Source: a virus
Taxonomy: Duplodnaviria; Caudoviricetes
Strand: one strand, 5' to 3'
Virus record (IMG/VR): IMGVR_UViG_3300027884_000039
Span: 15,113-79,112 of that record
Length of the DNA: 64,000 nucleotides
Shown here: piece by piece, positions 44,107 to 54,551 of the stretch
How the letters are laid out: each line of letters starts with the position of its first letter
Position numbering within the stretch: position 1 is the first letter of the stretch
The notes under the pieces: model-generated
The model's database searches: none
Told to the model about the DNA's origin: nothing
Seen by the model: the letters and a program-made list of their open reading frames with translations, nothing else
Made by a program: the position numbers and the translations under genes

Positions 44107-45795
44107 TTAAAATATAAGTGTCGATCCGTTGGAAAGGGTTACCGTTGTCCCTTGTCCGGCAGGAATCGTGAGTTTCGTTCCATAAAGCGTTATCTGTACA
44201 CCGGTCACGGTAAGTGGAGGAGGTATAGGGATCGCGGGGCTACAAGTAACCTGCGTTGTCGTGGTGGCCGTATTCCAATTGTTATCGGTTACCGTCAGTT
44301 GAAAACTATAGGTTCCGGGAATCAGTCCAGTTACAGTTGGCGATACAAGAGAGGCCAGGTTAATCTGCACCGTGTTTGGTCCTGAGACCTGGGTCCATAA
44401 GTAGGAAACGATCGTCCCTCCCTTGTCGGTACTTCCTGCACCGGATAGGATGACTGTCGAAATGGGGGCAACAATGGTTTGATTCGCTCCTGCACTGGCA
44501 ACTGGCGTGGATTCGCTTCCCGTATATCCCACGCAGGGCGCCGTCCCAGCATTGGCTGGGAGCAAGCAATAGGGTGAGGGTGACAAAATAATTGGCGCAC
44601 TGAAAGGATTGATCATGGTCAGCAGCGGCAGGTCCCAGGAGTTGGGAAGCAGCGATCCCTGCGCGCCCAGGACATAGTCGGTTGCGACCACTCCGTTACC
44701 AGCAACATTACCTTTATTCCGTCCCGCATAATACAAGTTATCTGTTGTGTCCAAGGCAAAGAAACCGAAGACATCCGCGCTTCCTGTAAAGACAGCGGTA
44801 AACTTAATCCCTGGCGCAATCTGCGAAGGGATCGCTTGCACCAGTTCGCCATTAGCACCCGGATTAGGCCATATGGCCCAGGCGACCGTGGACTGATCAG
44901 CTTGCTTGCCATTGCCGAGTTCCCCCACGCTATAGTCTCCCCAAGACCATAAGCTGCCATCCGTTAGGATGCAATAGCTGGCCACAGAGGAAGTATAGAT
45001 GGACGCAATGGGCAGCGGGAAGCCCATATACTTATTGAGCGCCGCAGGCAGCAACGTACTCCCGGTATAGGTTCCAAAAAAAATCCCTCCATACCATCCC
45101 CAGCCATATAACTGACCGGATGCGCCGAGCGCATAGGACCAGTAGTTGCCGCCTGCAATATCGATAGCTGCTTCAGGCAGGACAACCTCCTGCGGATGGG
45201 TGAGGTCACTCGTATTTGTGCCCACGATCTGGTTACTGGTGCCTCCCCAGGTCCAAACTGTACCATCGGAACAAAGTAGTTCTACGCAGCCAGCGGCCTG
45301 CACTTTGACCGCCTTTCGATTACCAGGGATCACGATCTGCAATGGCTTCAAGGGCACGACGGTCGCTGTTCCATTTCCCGCAAAATTGGTCGGCAACGTT
45401 CCCCAGGTCCAAAGTGTCCCGTCTGCCTTCACGGCCATCACCCACCCGAATCCCACTTGCGCCTGGATGACGCCAGTGAAAGCGTTCCCATTGGAATCAG
45501 TTAGCAACTGCGCTGGAGCGGAAGTTCCAGAAAGGCTCCCATTTCCTGCTGCGCCACCTGAATTATCTCCAAAGGTCCAGACGTTACCCTTACTATCAAC
45601 AGCTAGACCCATATGTCCGCCGCCGTTACAATAGGTAAACGTTAGTCCAGCCGGGACGTTAGCCGGTTGGACGGAGCCCGAGCCGCCGGGTGCAACCTGC
45701 GAAGTACCGATATAGCTGGAATAAAGCTTACCTGTATTATCAATATAGAGGGTCAAGTATTCGGCAGGGCCGACCTGCTTGGACAATGTTGACAT
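44107..45795 (-). CDS. RCC1-repeat beta-propeller plus PKD/Ig domain protein
   Basis: about 6 RCC1 repeats (e.g. LAVDSKGNVWTFGDN, CILTDGSLWSWG); PKD motif PVASAGANQTI..SYLWTQVSGP..YSFQLTVTDN. Confidence 0.85.
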   Translation of the reverse strand: MSTLSKQVGPAEYLTLYIDNTGKLYSSYIGTSQVAPGGSGSVQPANVPAGLTFTYCNGGGHMGLAVDSKGNVWTFGDNSGGAAGNGSLSGTSAPAQLLTDSNGNAFTGVIQAQVGFGWVMAVKADGTLWTWGTLPTNFAGNGTATVVPLKPLQIVIPGNRKAVKVQAAGCVELLCSDGTVWTWGGTSNQIVGTNTSDLTHPQEVVLPEAAIDIAGGNYWSYALGASGQLYGWGWYGGIFFGTYTGSTLLPAALNKYMGFPLPIASIYTSSVASYCILTDGSLWSWGDYSVGELGNGKQADQSTVAWAIWPNPGANGELVQAIPSQIAPGIKFTAVFTGSADVFGFFALDTTDNLYYAGRNKGNVAGNGVVATDYVLGAQGSLLPNSWDLPLLTMINPFSAPIILSPSPYCLLPANAGTAPCVGYTGSESTPVASAGANQTIVAPISTVILSGAGSTDKGGTIVSYLWTQVSGPNTVQINLASLVSPTVTGLIPGTYSFQLTVTDNNWNTATTTTQVTCSPAIPIPPPLTVTGVQITLYGTKLTIPAGQGTTVTLSNGSTLIF

Positions 45796-45804
45796 AAATA
45801 TATT

Positions 45805-48800
45805 TTAAAGTGTGTAGTCAAAACTGATATTTGAAACGCTGCTACCAACGGAAACCCCCGGTAAAAACGTCAAGGTTCCTGTCGTGGTGGAGTTAATAGA
45901 CACAATCCCGCTTGAATATGAGGTACCGTTGACGTTGACTGCGCCTTGCCCCGCCCCCGTTTGGGTACCATTGGAAGACGTGATCGGCAACGTGAACGTT
46001 AGGACCGTAGACAAGCTTCCTGTCGTTGGCGTTAGCAAACAACCAATGGACACGTGAACTATATTGCCGTTTCTCGAATAATAAGCTTGGTAAAGAGAAC
46101 TTGATGTTAAATTCGTGGTATTGGTGAGGGTCGGCGTATAGGTTCCTGAAGTGGTTGTCTGTGGCGTCGCCCATCCTCCTTGTCCACCTGTACCGCTAGC
46201 TGTCCAGACTTGACCGACCGTGGATGAAGTAGTCAGAACCGGGGCATTTGTCAATGTGATCGTTGCGCCTAAAGTTTGGGAGCCCGATGCTTTTACCATA
46301 CCCGGATTGGTGCCATCTGCTGGGCCGAACGTGATCGTATTGCCGGAAATAGAAGCGCCATTAGCGATTGAAGAGGAATTGAATGATCCTACAGTGGTGA
46401 CTCCGCTAACAGCAGGAAAGTTTAATGGATAGAGCGTACCAGACATCCCTACCCACCATATCGTATCTCCACTAGGACCAGCCGCCCAATGGTCAGCACT
46501 GTTGGGCTTTCCGGTAGGGATGATCGTGCCCGCCACCGTTTGCGCACCGGTTCCTGCACTTAAATAAGTCACAGAGGTCAGTGTACAAGCAGTGACGACG
46601 GCCGTACCGTTATACCCCGAAGGACTTACTCCCGCAACAACAATCGTTTGCCCAATAGCGAAGGGGATAAAGGTCTGTGCCGCAAAAGTAACGGTTGCCG
46701 TCGTACCAGTTCCCGAAGCGGCGGTCGTTGGGATGGAGGGAGCATAAAATTGGAAGCCAGCATGCCCAGCCGTTCCAAGGCCAGATGGGATAGTGACATA
46801 GGCTGTCGCAGTAGGCACATCGAACATTATTTTTTTCTGCGCAGTATACGAACCACCGAATACATAGCATCCAGCACACAGCACCTGTGCGCTATCTCCA
46901 AAAGCTGCTGAGTTACTTAATCCTGTACCGGTTGTTATTGTTCCATCAGTATAGCCAGCATTGAGTCCAACATAAATACTATTACTGCCGGTTGTGTTAC
47001 TTCTGCCCGCCCCCTCGCCCACGCCGACATTGGCCGCGCCAGTAGTTCCATATAGGGCAGTCTGACCCAACGCCACGTTGAAGTTGCCAGTGACGTCGTT
47101 AGCTAACGCATTGCTGCCGATGGCTACATTATAGCTAACACCCGATCCAAGCAATCCACCGGCCGAGCCGCCCATAATAATATTGGCGGTAGATGCGCCA
47201 GTCAAAGATGTGTTGGACGCTCCAAGAAAAATATTGCTATTGCCCGTTAGCCCCGCTGCGAAGTTTTTTGAAGTCCAGATTGTTATATTTCCATTAGGTA
47301 TAGATGTTGAATTGCTTTGGTTGAATACCCAGGTATTTATTGTCCCCGTAGTCATATTTGCCATCTCAGCGGCATAGCCATTCATTTGCAAAGCATTGGC
47401 TGACCCGTCCGGGGTGCCGTTGAACACGAGCTGGCCAGGATGCGCGGTGCTGCCTAATTGTAAAATATTATAGGTGCCGTTATTGCTCATCACCCCCATG
47501 GCTATCGGTTGAGCTATTAACCTAGCGCCAGACGGAGCATAATTGAAGGTTAGGCCGGAAGTATTGCCTGTTACTGTATATCCCACCTGGGTGGAATCGT
47601 ACAATTGCCACCCTTCAGTGGTAGAATGGAAAAGATTGTTTCCAAAGTTTGCTTCAGAAACCAAGTTGTCAGCCCCCATGAAGTTTTCTGCTTCAATCAC
47701 GGAGGACCCTTTGTGGCCGTTTATAAACAATCCTGGGTTTTCGCCCACTTGTAGGGGAAATTTTGAGGCGTATCTTCCTATCGATAGATTGCCTTGATTA
47801 TAAGTCATCGAGCCATCGCCGTTATTATTCCACACCCCTCTTAGCGGCGCATTTTGAAACGTGCTTACCAAGGTAGGCATAGTGCCGTTATAAACTGCCA
47901 CCGCAGGAAGGGCACCTCCGCTTGAATTACCATTGGTCGTTTCGGTATAAAATAGATATACGTTGCTTAACCGAGGCACAAGACATAAATCGCCTACCTG
48001 ACCAACGGTCGTATTCACTCCCTCAGCCGTTGTTGTCCGTGGAAGGGCCGAGCCCAAAAAAGTCCAATTGGTTAGGTTGGATGAACTCCACCAATATCCA
48101 TCGGTCGGTAATATTTCGGCTCCGTTCATCGTCGAATGTCCCCAACAATACCAGGTCGAACCGAGTTTGGTAAACCAAGGGCCCGAACAGCGTGGCAATA
48201 CCGGGTTAGTCGCGTTAGCTGTCCACACTGCTCCAGCGCCATCGGTCGAACTGAGCAAGTAATCGGCAAAGCCGTAGGTAGTTGAGCCTACATCCAGGAG
48301 CATATACCAGGTATTGCTGGCTGGATCAATGGCCACCCAACTATTATATACATTGGACGATCCTAAACTAGAAGCCGTGATGACGGCGGAGTGCAGCAAC
48401 GACCAGGTACTCGGACCGCCAGTGGAGGAATAATATTCATCGACCTGCGTTTCAGCGACATTCACGCCCCAATAGTAGTATCCCAGGGTTCCAAAGGCAC
48501 TATTCGTATTATGTAAAATAGACCCCCGGTAATGCCCGGAGATTACGCTGTCCAGGTTATATTTCACCCAGGTCCCCGGAAGACCAGTCAAGGATTCGGC
48601 GTATGCCACATGTGGATAGCCAGATGCATTCGTTTCGGTATACCAATCTTTGAAAACCGTATCGGATGAAGAAAGTCCAAGTAAAAAATTATTCACGTCT
48701 GCGATGACGGATGGCTCTGCCGTTTGTGGCTTGGCAGTAGAATCGGGGAAAATCGCACCCTTTCTGTTCCAAACCGTATCGATAATCTCTACCGTATCCG

Positions 48801-50883
48801 TACCACCAATGCCAAGCTGACCAATCGCGTATATTGATCCCCCGCCGCCGCTTCCATTTGTGGCAGCAGTGATCTGCCCGGCGGCGTTGTAGGTCACGTT
48901 ACAATTCGTGCAAGACCCGGAGGCAATGACTCCCGCCAAACCCGGATTGGGATAAGTGCCAGCCAACGCTCCTCCTGCTGTGATGCCGGATATCGTGCTT
49001 AGGAACGGGCCGCCCCAAGCAATGGGACTTCCCGAGCCCGCCGAGGTAGGCACCTGTCCACTGGTTCCGCTGACCCCGTTAATTTGCAACTCTCCGGTGT
49101 TAAGGAGCGAGAGCCAATTCGTGCCATTAGTTTGTAAATTTATTTGTCCACTAGCGCCCGTTCCCTCGACGGTCGTTGTGGGGCCGACTAAGGCGGTGGC
49201 TCCCCCATTAGAGGTAAAGGTTGCCGTGCCCGTGGCTCCCCCCAGTCCCACGATGCCATTACTTCCAGAAGTATTGCAGCCAATACAGAGCTTATTTTGC
49301 GTACTATCGAAAATCATCAGGGTGCTGCTTGTTTGCACATTACTTGGATTGCCATATGGTACTTGTTCATAGGGGAGGGTCGTCGTAGCCTTGGCATCCC
49401 ATATCGCTTTCTGTGCGGGAGTTACCAATCCGGTATCCGAACTGTTCAAAAGAGGTATATTAAAAGTATGGACAGTGCCCGTAGAAACGATATTAAAGTT
49501 AGTGCCGCTCGATCCAGTAGCAAAGGTTTGTGTGCCCCCCGTCAGGCCGTTCAAAGACGTGATGCCCGATCCTACAATGCTTGCCGCTGTAACGACGCCT
49601 TGTGCATTTACGGTAACACTATTATAGGTTCCGGCGCTGACTCCGCTGGTGGGCAAATCGGCGTTAACGATTGCTCGGAAAGTAGGTGCGGCGGCTGATC
49701 CACTAGTCGGACCGAAGAACCCAAAATTGGCCGTCTGGTTTACCAGACTTACAGCAAAGGTTCCACTAGTTGTAATCGGGGTGCCGGCAACGCTTAAAAA
49801 GCTGGGTACGGTCATCGCGGCGCTGGTCATCGTTCCTCCTCCGGTTCCCCCTGGTGGCGTCAGGTTCCATTTATGTGCCGAACTATCAAAAGTCAGCACA
49901 TATCCCTGCCGATCCGCCGAGGTATCGATCGGCAATTTCTTCAAAGAATCGGCACTTAGCGTTATGACTGCACCTAACTGACCATTGACGCTTGTTACGG
50001 GCGGATTCACTGCACTATTAAAATTCGTCCAATCCGTGCTTGATAGGATACCGCTGGTCGTACTGGAGGCAAATGGCAAGTTAAGAACGGCCGTATTACC
50101 CAAGGCAACCGGTGTCGCCGCCCAGCTAGGCGCAGTCCCTGAGTTGGCAATCGTAAATCCAATACTAGAATTAGCCAGCGTTGAATTTGGGATGCCGGAT
50201 GGAATATCGGCCAGCACCAGCGTTCGAAAAGTAGGTTGAGCCGCAGCGCCGATCGTTGGGCCAGCGAGCACAGTATTAGATAGCTGACTATTCAAGATCA
50301 TCGAACCGCTCCATGCCCCTCCACTATTGGAAAATGTTACTGGCGTAGCATAGAGCACTGCTGGGACATTCAACACCAAGGAATTGATCCCCCCTGCTGC
50401 CGTTCCTCGAACAAGCACCGTATGCAGGACGCCATTGATCGTATAAGATATCGTCGAGTCATTGGTTCGGTACATGGTATCGACTTTACGGACATGCGCC
50501 GAATCAAAAGAGAGCGTATTGCTGACTTCCTTGATGCCGTACCCTGGAGTAATCAGCGGTTGATATAGGTTGAAAAGATTGATCAAGTCCGTTTGCGCAC
50601 TGATCGATCCGGTAAGCTGTCCCCAGGCCGTTGTGCCGACGGGAACGTTCTGCCAACGTGATCCGTTCCAAATATATAGGCCCTGATTAGAAGACTTAAT
50701 GATCACGGCTCCTACCTGGCTCGGTGTAAATGTCGTGTCTCGCAAGGGCAAGTAGACGCAGGAGTCTACTCTGATCTGCCCTTTGAAATAGACCTGAACG
50801 GTAGGCGCTCCGCCAATCTGTATGGTCTGCGCTCGCGAAGCCAGCGCGACCAGGCAGGCGAGTATGGTCAGCAATCTTTTCAT
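45805..50883 (-). CDS. 1692-aa tail-fibre/adhesin-like protein with a glycoside-hydrolase-like propeller
   Basis: Gly/Thr/Ser-rich repeats, GH43/GH32-like blade motifs (EPSV, HVAYAES, NPVLP, GPWF), YadA-head-like N.A.G..AL repeats, Sec-like N-terminus. Confidence 0.7.
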   Translation of the reverse strand: MKRLLTILACLVALASRAQTIQIGGAPTVQVYFKGQIRVDSCVYLPLRDTTFTPSQVGAVIIKSSNQGLYIWNGSRWQNVPVGTTAWGQLTGSISAQTDLINLFNLYQPLITPGYGIKEVSNTLSFDSAHVRKVDTMYRTNDSTISYTINGVLHTVLVRGTAAGGINSLVLNVPAVLYATPVTFSNSGGAWSGSMILNSQLSNTVLAGPTIGAAAQPTFRTLVLADIPSGIPNSTLANSSIGFTIANSGTAPSWAATPVALGNTAVLNLPFASSTTSGILSSTDWTNFNSAVNPPVTSVNGQLGAVITLSADSLKKLPIDTSADRQGYVLTFDSSAHKWNLTPPGGTGGGTMTSAAMTVPSFLSVAGTPITTSGTFAVSLVNQTANFGFFGPTSGSAAAPTFRAIVNADLPTSGVSAGTYNSVTVNAQGVVTAASIVGSGITSLNGLTGGTQTFATGSSGTNFNIVSTGTVHTFNIPLLNSSDTGLVTPAQKAIWDAKATTTLPYEQVPYGNPSNVQTSSTLMIFDSTQNKLCIGCNTSGSNGIVGLGGATGTATFTSNGGATALVGPTTTVEGTGASGQINLQTNGTNWLSLLNTGELQINGVSGTSGQVPTSAGSGSPIAWGGPFLSTISGITAGGALAGTYPNPGLAGVIASGSCTNCNVTYNAAGQITAATNGSGGGGSIYAIGQLGIGGTDTVEIIDTVWNRKGAIFPDSTAKPQTAEPSVIADVNNFLLGLSSSDTVFKDWYTETNASGYPHVAYAESLTGLPGTWVKYNLDSVISGHYRGSILHNTNSAFGTLGYYYWGVNVAETQVDEYYSSTGGPSTWSLLHSAVITASSLGSSNVYNSWVAIDPASNTWYMLLDVGSTTYGFADYLLSSTDGAGAVWTANATNPVLPRCSGPWFTKLGSTWYCWGHSTMNGAEILPTDGYWWSSSNLTNWTFLGSALPRTTTAEGVNTTVGQVGDLCLVPRLSNVYLFYTETTNGNSSGGALPAVAVYNGTMPTLVSTFQNAPLRGVWNNNGDGSMTYNQGNLSIGRYASKFPLQVGENPGLFINGHKGSSVIEAENFMGADNLVSEANFGNNLFHSTTEGWQLYDSTQVGYTVTGNTSGLTFNYAPSGARLIAQPIAMGVMSNNGTYNILQLGSTAHPGQLVFNGTPDGSANALQMNGYAAEMANMTTGTINTWVFNQSNSTSIPNGNITIWTSKNFAAGLTGNSNIFLGASNTSLTGASTANIIMGGSAGGLLGSGVSYNVAIGSNALANDVTGNFNVALGQTALYGTTGAANVGVGEGAGRSNTTGSNSIYVGLNAGYTDGTITTGTGLSNSAAFGDSAQVLCAGCYVFGGSYTAQKKIMFDVPTATAYVTIPSGLGTAGHAGFQFYAPSIPTTAASGTGTTATVTFAAQTFIPFAIGQTIVVAGVSPSGYNGTAVVTACTLTSVTYLSAGTGAQTVAGTIIPTGKPNSADHWAAGPSGDTIWWVGMSGTLYPLNFPAVSGVTTVGSFNSSSIANGASISGNTITFGPADGTNPGMVKASGSQTLGATITLTNAPVLTTSSTVGQVWTASGTGGQGGWATPQTTTSGTYTPTLTNTTNLTSSSLYQAYYSRNGNIVHVSIGCLLTPTTGSLSTVLTFTLPITSSNGTQTGAGQGAVNVNGTSYSSGIVSINSTTTGTLTFLPGVSVGSSVSNISFDYTL

Positions 50884-50884
50884 A

Positions 50885-52126
50885 CTATAATGGGAGTATT
50901 AAGATGATGATTTCTTCGCTGAGTCCCAAGGCGGCGGAGAATGTTAAAAAATTATCGCTCAAATTTTTCGTGATATAGGTATTCCCGTCTCCTGGATTAG
51001 CCGTAAACTGCGGCTGGCCGTTGCGGAATACATAGACCTGCGTAGCCGGAATCCCTGCCAATCGCGTATCAGTATACGTTGTTGCTCCAGCGCCTGGAAA
51101 TCCTCCAGCGCCAACTACCCACTGAACCGTAATCGTTGAGGGCTTTCCCGTGATGGCCGACCAGGCGACCGATCCAGCCCCACCACCCCAATCATATGGC
51201 GGAATGATCTGGTTCGTATTGACGTAAGTCGGATTGACGTTGTTGTTGAAGATTTTCTCTAGCTGAAATACATAGGTGGACAATCCCGCCAGGGAACCGC
51301 TTTGGCCCCGATAGATCAGTTGAGAATAGATATTGCTCGCCAGATTATAGCGAGCAAGCAGGGTCTGATAGGTATTGCAATCACATATTGCCGCGTAACC
51401 TGAGACTTCAGCGTTGGTAAGAGAAGCTAATAAAGCCGTTAGCGTAGGCGGAATCTGCGCGTAATAGGTTGCGGCCGTTACCAGTTCATCGATGAGGGTG
51501 ACAAAACCGGAAGCGCCAGGCAGCGTATACTGCGGGATAACGGTCAGGCCAATGTTGTATAAAGAATCATAGTAGCTCCCGAGGTAATTTAAATCAAAGT
51601 TCTGGCCTGAGCCGGTGGTATTCTGCGTAGTCCCATTGACTGAAATGATCGCTGCCGTCCATGCGCGTACCACGGAGGTAAAATTGACATTCGGCTGCGT
51701 ATAGGTAGTCGAGTCCTGGACAGACAGATCAGGGGTGAAGATGTCGAAGTTGTTAGTGATTACCAGTGTCGGCGGCGTATACTGGATGGAGAACGTTTTC
51801 GTCAGCACGGTATTTGTGTATCCAGGCGCTTGTACGGTATAGATGACAATGTAACCGCTGCCACCGCGCTGGAAACTGTTACTCGTATCGAGCCTGAGTT
51901 CCAGGTTAGCGGGAACAAGCGCCCCCCCACTCCAGTAGATATTCGGCGCCCCAAAATTGCTATTGGCGATGGTGATTCCATCGGGTTGCGTAACAGTCAA
52001 GATACCTGCAATAGTTTGGGCAACGCCAGACGGGTAGTTGCTATTATCAATTATTTTGAATACAGGGCTGACCTGGCTCTTGTCCAGAACAACAGCGATA
52101 GATATGTACTGTGAAAGGTCCGCCAT
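50885..52126 (-). CDS. virion structural protein (putative)
   Basis: beta-rich 413-aa ORF between the capsid block and the fibre gene. Confidence 0.6.
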   Translation of the reverse strand: MADLSQYISIAVVLDKSQVSPVFKIIDNSNYPSGVAQTIAGILTVTQPDGITIANSNFGAPNIYWSGGALVPANLELRLDTSNSFQRGGSGYIVIYTVQAPGYTNTVLTKTFSIQYTPPTLVITNNFDIFTPDLSVQDSTTYTQPNVNFTSVVRAWTAAIISVNGTTQNTTGSGQNFDLNYLGSYYDSLYNIGLTVIPQYTLPGASGFVTLIDELVTAATYYAQIPPTLTALLASLTNAEVSGYAAICDCNTYQTLLARYNLASNIYSQLIYRGQSGSLAGLSTYVFQLEKIFNNNVNPTYVNTNQIIPPYDWGGGAGSVAWSAITGKPSTITVQWVVGAGGFPGAGATTYTDTRLAGIPATQVYVFRNGQPQFTANPGDGNTYITKNLSDNFLTFSAALGLSEEIIILILPL

Positions 52127-52208
52127 AGAATCATTTAAAAAATACCTCGCACGGCGTGAAGACAAGGGCGAGGACTATAACCAAAAAAATAGAAAAACCG
52201 CGTTACTG

Positions 52209-53087
52209 CTATTGTTTGCCACTTAAAAGAGACTTGATTTTCTTGAACGTGTCCTGGCCGTTCTTGTGCGTAATGAACCAGTCTGACATCCGATCGAAAT
52301 ATTTATCGCCCTCCGTCTTGTCCAGCAAGGCGATCGTCGTCCCATTGGAGGTCCAGATAAATTTATTTTCGACCGGCACCCAGGAGATCACGTTCGCATC
52401 GATTGCTCGACGGATAATCGCCTTATATTCGACACTGGGATCGTCCACAAACTTTCGGAAGAATTCAGGGTCCTTGTCTGCGATATCAGTCAGGCGGTCT
52501 TTTAGGATATCCAGGTCCTCCAGTTCATTCCAATTCATGGCTGCGGCAAAATCCCGGACATCTTTTTCTGCCATCCTAGTTGCATACATCAAGGCCGCGC
52601 TCCTCAGTTCCTTCCGCTGGTTCTTAGTCTTGGCTTCCTTCAATTCATCCAAGCGAACAAACATGGCGGGCGAATTTTTATCCCTAAACATGCCCCCTTC
52701 CATCTTGGGATGCATTTCCAGGAACTCGAACATTTCAATATGCTCGCGGCTATTTAAATCCAGCCACAAAAACCCCTGTAGTCGTTCTGGGAGCGAAATG
52801 CGCCCAAACCTAATCTCCTCTACCTCCCCATAGCGCTCCATTCCCCTAGCCATCCCGACCGGCTTGTAAACCTTATCTCCAGGATCAAGTACCTCGTAAG
52901 TAACTGGCGTCAGCGTGTACACGGCAGGATAGATATATTCTCCATCTGCCAGGTGCTGACCATCGGGGTTTTTATGGGCGATATAAAATTTATACTTTGC
53001 CGTCTTGCCAACCAATTCCCGGTTCTCATTGAGGCGCTTGCGAAGCTCCGGAGACAGATTATTGTAGTCCTTAAATGCTTTTAACAT
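52209..53087 (-). CDS. conserved protein downstream of the capsid gene
   Basis: 292 aa; position analogous to crAss-like capsid-module genes. Confidence 0.6.
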   Translation of the reverse strand: MLKAFKDYNNLSPELRKRLNENRELVGKTAKYKFYIAHKNPDGQHLADGEYIYPAVYTLTPVTYEVLDPGDKVYKPVGMARGMERYGEVEEIRFGRISLPERLQGFLWLDLNSREHIEMFEFLEMHPKMEGGMFRDKNSPAMFVRLDELKEAKTKNQRKELRSAALMYATRMAEKDVRDFAAAMNWNELEDLDILKDRLTDIADKDPEFFRKFVDDPSVEYKAIIRRAIDANVISWVPVENKFIWTSNGTTIALLDKTEGDKYFDRMSDWFITHKNGQDTFKKIKSLLSGKQ

Positions 53088-53151
53088 GGTAAACTTTTTT
53101 GGTTATAGTGAAGGCAGCCCACCTTAATGCGGGACTGCCTTCTATGATGAC

Positions 53152-54501
53152 CTATGCGACCCTGAACTTTTGCATGTGTTTCACACCGAGCATTTCCAGG
53201 CCCTGATACGTAATCCAGTCTGTATGCCAGACTGCAATACTATTGGTGGGGATGGGAGCGAGCGCACCAGTATGCCATTCGGTAATGATCCCGTTACTCA
53301 TGCTATTGCCTCCCGCCATGGCCTTGGGCGCGTAGCGAATCTGCAACCTGGCTTCCATCCCACCGCCTTCCACCTGCACTTTATCCTTTGGAATCCAGTA
53401 GATCGATCCGTTAATATCGGGTGTGATCGTAGGTCCGAAGAGCTGGGGATGATCAAAAATGGGCAGGTAGATGAAATCAAAAGTGAAGTTGCCATAGCTG
53501 AACTGATCCACTTCCATATCGACCGACTTGCCGTCAATGATCATTCGAACTGAATTCACACCAGACGAACCGAGGTTCTTCAGCCACACATCGAAGGGGC
53601 GCTTTGAACGGCTTCCGCCAAAACCCATTTGGTTATGCGGCGCCTTGTTGGCTAGAAAACTGTCGATCATCGCATTGACATCGGTGAATCCCACGGTTCC
53701 GAGCGTAGCCACGGTATTGGAAATCCCGTAGGTTGTGATATATTGGTCCATCCCCATCATGGTCTGGACGGGGTTACCAAAAGGATCGGTTAGATAGGGC
53801 GCTGCATCTGAAAACAGGGTGCTGGACTGCACGCCCACGATCATTTGCGAACTAATGAAGCCATTAAGCGAAGTGATCTTATAAATGTGATTCAGCGGCG
53901 TATAATACGGCTGCCCATTGACGACCACTTCGATCTTGGAGACCTTTTGTACGTCCGTGATCTCATCGACTTCCCGGAAAATCTGGTATTGATTGATATA
54001 CCGGGTGACGCCATACTTTCGGTTGGGCGGCGCATCGGATTTTTCACCGAAGGCGTTCGAAGAGAACGATAGCGTGTCGCCGGGTACCGCATAGAGCGGC
54101 ATATTGTTTACCGATTGGAGCTTCAGGGTATCAACGCCTGAGACGCTAGTCACTTGCGTAACCAGCGCTTGCTCTCCCACCATATTTAAGTTAGAGGAGC
54201 GCACCAGGTCGTTGTACCGGGCGTACCCGGAAGTGGCTGCGGTGAGCACGACCGTCATGATGGCCGTGCCATATCCAGAGGAAACCGTAGCCACCACGGC
54301 ATCGGCGAAAACATCATTGTTAACGAAATAGTTATAAATAGGGACCTTCGTTTCTTTGTAGCGCCCTACTAGCCTCATAATATCAGTGAATGCCTTATCC
54401 CTAGACTGATCAATCAGGTTCGGGTTGATATCACGCTGATCCAGAAAGCTAATGGCGCTCACGAACGCTTTATTTAACGTCCCTTGCTGACCTGCTGCCA
54501 T
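53152..54501 (-). CDS. major capsid protein (putative)
   Basis: 449 aa, follows portal and an acidic scaffold; NQYQIFRE, MMGMDQYI pattern. Confidence 0.7.
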   Translation of the reverse strand: MAAGQQGTLNKAFVSAISFLDQRDINPNLIDQSRDKAFTDIMRLVGRYKETKVPIYNYFVNNDVFADAVVATVSSGYGTAIMTVVLTAATSGYARYNDLVRSSNLNMVGEQALVTQVTSVSGVDTLKLQSVNNMPLYAVPGDTLSFSSNAFGEKSDAPPNRKYGVTRYINQYQIFREVDEITDVQKVSKIEVVVNGQPYYTPLNHIYKITSLNGFISSQMIVGVQSSTLFSDAAPYLTDPFGNPVQTMMGMDQYITTYGISNTVATLGTVGFTDVNAMIDSFLANKAPHNQMGFGGSRSKRPFDVWLKNLGSSGVNSVRMIIDGKSVDMEVDQFSYGNFTFDFIYLPIFDHPQLFGPTITPDINGSIYWIPKDKVQVEGGGMEARLQIRYAPKAMAGGNSMSNGIITEWHTGALAPIPTNSIAVWHTDWITYQGLEMLGVKHMQKFRVA

Positions 54502-54551
54502 TGCATGGATATTTTGGGTAAGTAATATTGTTTACTTAGCCCGACATGGCA

